From NCBI GenBank assembly GCA_030599585.1, contig JAUVNS010000016.1:1-64000 (forward strand): a DNA stretch of 64,000 nt, given 5' to 3'. This DNA is from Promethearchaeota archaeon (GTDB lineage Archaea; Asgardarchaeota; Lokiarchaeia; Sigyniarchaeales; SOKP01). The position numbers were made by a program, and so were the translations under genes. Below are positions 60,115 to 64,000 of this stretch, in pieces. The notes beneath the pieces were generated by a model. That model saw only the letters and a list, made by a program, of their open reading frames with translations, made no database searches and was not told the origin of the DNA. How positions within the stretch are numbered: the stretch's first letter is position 1; every line of letters begins with the position of its first letter.

Positions 60115-60222
60115 TCTTTAAAACGCCAAAAAAAGTTTACTAAGTCTTTATCTAGTAATATGAGTTTTAATTATTAACTTTTAGGTCAAAAACGTTTCCT
60201 TTATTAAATATAAGTAACTACT

Positions 60223-60236
60223 TTTTCCTTTTTATA
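60223..60236 (+). promoter_or_regulatory. Pyrimidine-BRE promoter of the fen-like gene
   Basis: TTTTCCTTTTTATA, 22 nt before the ATG, in a divergent intergenic region. Confidence 0.7.
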
Positions 60237-60257
60237 GAACCGAATTACCTAAACTAC

Positions 60258-61355
60258 ATGGGAGTTAAACTTCAAGACTTAGTAACCCGAAACGCGATCG
60301 AATTTTCCAAGCTCGCAGGCAAGATTATAGCGATAGACGCCCCGAACATTATTATGAGCTTGTTTAATTTCGCTCGTAAAAACTCAGACGGTTCAAGAGC
60401 GGGACTCATTCTCGACCGCACCCAAAGACCTATATCTCACTTATATGGTTTACTCTACAGGACGAATTTTTTCCTTTCTAAAAAGATTTTTCCAATTTTC
60501 TGTTTCGACGGGCTCGATTCCGACCTCAAAAAACTTAAGACGAAGGACAGACTCAACGATTTCTTGTTTACGGAAAAATTATTCCGATCTTTACTACAAT
60601 CGGGAAACAAGCAAAACGCGAGACAAATTGCAATGTCGAAAGAATACATGTGGCCTAACATCGTTAAAGAATCAAAGCAACTTTTAGGAGCGTTGGGCGT
60701 CCCGTGTATTAATTCACCAGCATCAGCGGAATCGCAATGCGCTCAACTCGTCAAAGATAAAGTAGCTCATTATTCTAACTCGCAAGATTTCGATTCGCTG
60801 TTGTTCGGCTGTCCAAGAACGATACAAAACTTCTCAAAGTCGCGTAAGAGAAAAGTTCACGGTCGATGGACCTATCAAAAAATCGCTCCGGTTCAAATAA
60901 ATCTCAAGGAGAGCCTAAAAAAATTAAATGTAAACCAATTTCAGTTGGTAGACATGGCAATTCTCATCGGGAACGACTATTTTAAGGGTATAAAAAATAT
61001 TGGACCGAAACACGCGCACAAATTCCTTCTCAAACATAAAAGTTTAGAAATGGTTATTCAGCAGGAAAAAAACGCGTACGATTTTTCCTTACTCACCTCA
61101 AGTATTATCTCAAAAGTGAGAAAAATTTTTTTGTTGCCTGAAGTAATAAATCGCTACCAAGACATTAGGTGGAACTATCCGAACGAACAAAAAACACTTT
61201 TTTTACTGTGCGAAGATCACCACCTCAACTTGGAAAGAGTGCAAAAAAATCTGGACAAGTTTTCTACAAATTTTGAAAAGTGTCAAAAATATTTCGACGC
61301 TCACAAAAACAACCGTAGAACGGTTCAAAACACTTTACAAAAAGTAATTTCCTAA
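60258..61355 (+). CDS. fen: Flap endonuclease 1 (FEN1/XPG family), divergent
   Basis: MGV.L, AIDA.N, SHLYGLLYR, FDG, SQDFDSLLFG, LIGNDY..GI..IGPK; SPASAESQ in place of APSEGEAQ. Confidence 0.9.
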   Translation: MGVKLQDLVTRNAIEFSKLAGKIIAIDAPNIIMSLFNFARKNSDGSRAGLILDRTQRPISHLYGLLYRTNFFLSKKIFPIFCFDGLDSDLKKLKTKDRLNDFLFTEKLFRSLLQSGNKQNARQIAMSKEYMWPNIVKESKQLLGALGVPCINSPASAESQCAQLVKDKVAHYSNSQDFDSLLFGCPRTIQNFSKSRKRKVHGRWTYQKIAPVQINLKESLKKLNVNQFQLVDMAILIGNDYFKGIKNIGPKHAHKFLLKHKSLEMVIQQEKNAYDFSLLTSSIISKVRKIFLLPEVINRYQDIRWNYPNEQKTLFLLCEDHHLNLERVQKNLDKFSTNFEKCQKYFDAHKNNRRTVQNTLQKVIS

Positions 61356-61402
61356 CCTTATATCAAGACGCAAAAAAATACTCAAAAAAGAAAAAACAAT
61401 TA

Positions 61403-61999
61403 TTATTTTAGATTAAATTTTACTTGTTCTCTATATTTTTCCTTACCAATGTATATTGCATAATGAGGAACTTTGAGTATTTTGAATTTATGGTTCAAGT
61501 TTCTTTTTAGAATATTATATGAATCGTTACCAAACGCGATTAGAGTTGGATTATTAGCACCTATATCAGCCAATTCTTGTAAAAAGTTTTCAACGTTTTC
61601 TTCCTCAAATTGTGTGTTGTTCTTTAAATATGAAATAACCTTACCAGATATTTTTTGTTCGAAGTCTTTTATAATATCTGTCATATAACCGCCCCAATAA
61701 GGCGTCCCTCTAAATGCAAATCTAATTTTGAAATCATTTGACCCTGGTCGTTTATCGTGAAAGTTTGCTAAGGGAACTTTAATACTCCTTGAAATGTTTA
61801 AACCAACTAGAACAACGTTAGGTTTAAGTTGTGAAAGTAAATTTTTATTAATATCGGGGTCTAAAATAGTTAGGTCGCCAGTATTGCTTTTCGGTTTATT
61901 ACCTTCTTCCGCCCATATTGCCCAACTTCCAACATTACCATATTTTTCCTTTATGAAATCATATTTTTTTCTGGTAAATGTTCCATCTAATTCTTCCAC
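61403..61999 (-). CDS. Uracil-DNA-glycosylase-superfamily-like protein (CpG-poor)
   Basis: SWAIW, VLVGLN, YMTDIIK, LIAFG, VPHYA. Confidence 0.65.
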   Translation of the reverse strand: MEELDGTFTRKKYDFIKEKYGNVGSWAIWAEEGNKPKSNTGDLTILDPDINKNLLSQLKPNVVLVGLNISRSIKVPLANFHDKRPGSNDFKIRFAFRGTPYWGGYMTDIIKDFEQKISGKVISYLKNNTQFEEENVENFLQELADIGANNPTLIAFGNDSYNILKRNLNHKFKILKVPHYAIYIGKEKYREQVKFNLK

Positions 62000-62221
62000 T
62001 TTCTCTCGTCTCCTTTATAAAAATCAAACTGGTTAATTAATTATAGTACGCAAAAGATAAATTAGAAATTAAATTTACCCTAATTTTTTTTGATCCTCTG
62101 CTAACCTTGCTTCCTACCAATTTCTCTTTTTTATTTATAAATAACGGTAGTCTAAACTATGCATTTAGTAAATATTTTAATTTAAACATAAATTTTTTAA
62201 AAAAAAACTGTTGAGCAAGGC

Positions 62222-62839
62222 ATGCCAGGATCAGCGGACGATTCGATCGTCCTCCAAAACCACTTAGGAGCGTATAGAAGCGCTTCTGGAAGCAACGTAA
62301 ACAAAGCACAAGTGCTTAATTTTTTTTTTAGGTTCGAAAGCTTTGCAAACGACAACAACGAATACAGAGATTTAAGCCCTTTGTTCGTTGGAACCATAGT
62401 AAAGGATACGGATTTACCCGATTCAGTCGTATTGCGCACTGCTTTAGGGTTCATTTCAGAAGCGTCTAAATTTAGCCAATTGTTAAGCTTAGGACTCGTA
62501 TCGTGGGGTTCGGGCGAAAAAAGTAAATTGAGACAAGCAAGGTTCTACTTGCGGAGGGCGTATAATATAGCCCCGGTGTTCAATTATGCTCGAGCGATCG
62601 TTAACTTAGGAATACTGCACAAAATCTTGAAAAAACATTTTTATTGGCCTCGCATCACCACTCAGCTTGCTTTAACAATTTTTGTCACTGACAGGAACGA
62701 CCCAACTATAGAGAAAAATGAGTATATTTTGCAAAAAAACTTAAGAGCTTTTTGCGCGTGCTCCGCTTACGCGTTTCACATGGCTCGAAAAAAGTTAAAC
62801 ATCAACAAAATGGGACGCGTGACTCCTAACCCGTTTTAA
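62222..62839 (+). CDS. Hypothetical protein with a possible TFB-like cyclin-fold/HTH C-terminus
   Basis: TQLALTIFVT...ILQKNLRAFCACSAYAFHMARKKL resembles the spacing of the TFB second repeat (inference). Confidence 0.6.
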   Translation: MPGSADDSIVLQNHLGAYRSASGSNVNKAQVLNFFFRFESFANDNNEYRDLSPLFVGTIVKDTDLPDSVVLRTALGFISEASKFSQLLSLGLVSWGSGEKSKLRQARFYLRRAYNIAPVFNYARAIVNLGILHKILKKHFYWPRITTQLALTIFVTDRNDPTIEKNEYILQKNLRAFCACSAYAFHMARKKLNINKMGRVTPNPF

Positions 62840-62857
62840 TATTTTTTTCAATAGGAT

Positions 62858-62871
62858 TTTTCCTTTAAATA
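62858..62871 (+). promoter_or_regulatory. Pyrimidine-BRE promoter of rpa
   Basis: TTTTCCTTTAAATA, 50 nt before the GTG. Confidence 0.7.
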
Positions 62872-62920
62872 TTCGCCCCTTATTTTTTACTTATTAGTAA
62901 ATTATTATTAGGTTTTAATC

Positions 62921-63844
62921 GTGAGCGATTCAGTAGACGAGTTATATCGACAGTTATTAAATCTTGGTATGTCAGAAGCAGAACTAGAAAAAAAAGTTAA
63001 AAACAAAGTAGAAGAATACGGCGGTTTTATGACAGAACAGGGAGTGTTGTTTATAATTGCCAGAGAAAACGGGCTTGATTTACGGTCTCCCGATATTGAC
63101 GATTATCTTTACGACGAGTTAGAAGAAGAAATTGATTACGACGAGTTTACCATAGATAATTCGGACCTCAAGGAAGGTATGACCAACATAGTGCTATTAG
63201 GTAAGATTTTAACCGTCCAAAAAGTTCGCGAGTTCGTCAGGAAGGATCAGTCCGTGGGAAAGGTGTGCTCTTTTTTGTTCGGCGACTCAACCGGAACCGT
63301 AAAAATCGTTTTGTGGGACGATCGGGCAGATATCGTTAATCAAGAATATTTCAAACAGAAAGAGCTCGTAAGAATTGTTGGTGGATACGCAAAATTAGGA
63401 CAGAACGAGGCAATAGAAGTTCACTTAGGAAAAAAAGGTACGCTACTTCTCTCTCCCGAAGTGTCCGGTAAGAAGCGGGAACAATTAGAAGCGATAACGG
63501 TTGCAAGTTCAGACGATTATTCTCGTAAGAGCGCTTTAAAACCGTTAAGTCAAGCCCTCGAGCAAAATAAATACGTCAGCGTAGTAAAAGGAACCGTCCT
63601 AATTGAAGAATTTAAGGAGTTAGAATTGAAATCGGGCGATAAATCGTTTTTGCTCACCATCCTCTTAGAGTCGGAAGGTACTACGATTCGAGTGAAAGCG
63701 TGGGGTATGAAAGCGATAGAATGTTTAAAAATAATAAACGACGGAGATTGCGTTTCAATAACTAATCTAGCGGTAAAAGAGAACAAATACTCGTTAGAAA
63801 AAGAGCTTTCTTTTACGAAGAATTCGAACGTGTTATTAATTTAA
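62921..63844 (+). CDS. rpa: Replication protein A-like ssDNA-binding protein (DUF2240-like N-terminus, two OB folds)
   Basis: GGFMTEQGVLFIIARENG; REFVRKDQSVGKV...GDSTGTVKIVLWD; IRVKAWG. Confidence 0.9.
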   Translation: MSDSVDELYRQLLNLGMSEAELEKKVKNKVEEYGGFMTEQGVLFIIARENGLDLRSPDIDDYLYDELEEEIDYDEFTIDNSDLKEGMTNIVLLGKILTVQKVREFVRKDQSVGKVCSFLFGDSTGTVKIVLWDDRADIVNQEYFKQKELVRIVGGYAKLGQNEAIEVHLGKKGTLLLSPEVSGKKREQLEAITVASSDDYSRKSALKPLSQALEQNKYVSVVKGTVLIEEFKELELKSGDKSFLLTILLESEGTTIRVKAWGMKAIECLKIINDGDCVSITNLAVKENKYSLEKELSFTKNSNVLLI

Positions 63845-63939
63845 AATTTAGATTTATTTAGATTTCAGGTCTTAGAAAAGTATAATTGATCGCAAAAATA
63901 ATTATTTCTAGTTGAATAATAATACAAGGAGGGATACTA

Positions 63940-64000
63940 TTGTCAAATATTGAAGATAAACAAAAAGCTATCCTAAAAGAGCTAGCAAAATACAACAAGT
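63940..64000 (+). CDS. 5' end of a CDS running out of the window
   Basis: AGGAGG RBS, TTG start, open to the window edge. Confidence 0.5.
   Translation, partial: MSNIEDKQKAILKELAKYNK

Overview
An AT-rich archaeal chromosomal segment. The gene families (longin domain, the 'FWGHCSNLQ' protein family, large Lrp-like and surface proteins) point to Asgard Lokiarchaeia; this is an inference. No rRNA, tRNA, CRISPR array, transposase or integrase is recognisable. The window is rich in DNA recombination and repair genes: RadA, two RadB/RadA-like paralogs, Hel308 with a SWIM insertion, a Hef/FANCM-like helicase, a FEN1-like nuclease and RPA. These are interspersed with a membrane-bound VirB4/HerA-like protein, a membrane-anchored HhH protein, pilin-sized membrane proteins and M50-like proteases. 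Three linked observations stand out. (1) About 20 genes share a non-canonical promoter, a pyrimidine-rich TTTTCC/TTTTCT directly before the TATA box where the purine-rich BRE normally sits. (2) The window encodes a TFB paralog with a substituted BRE-recognition helix, itself preceded by a canonical BRE-TATA. (3) radA is frameshifted by a 31-nt insert (53171-53201) that folds into a bulge-helix-bulge/loop motif whose predicted tRNA-splicing-endonuclease cuts restore the frame exactly. Together these suggest an inducible, alternative-TFB-driven DNA exchange and recombination regulon with splicing-gated RadA. All family calls are by motif recognition, without database searches.
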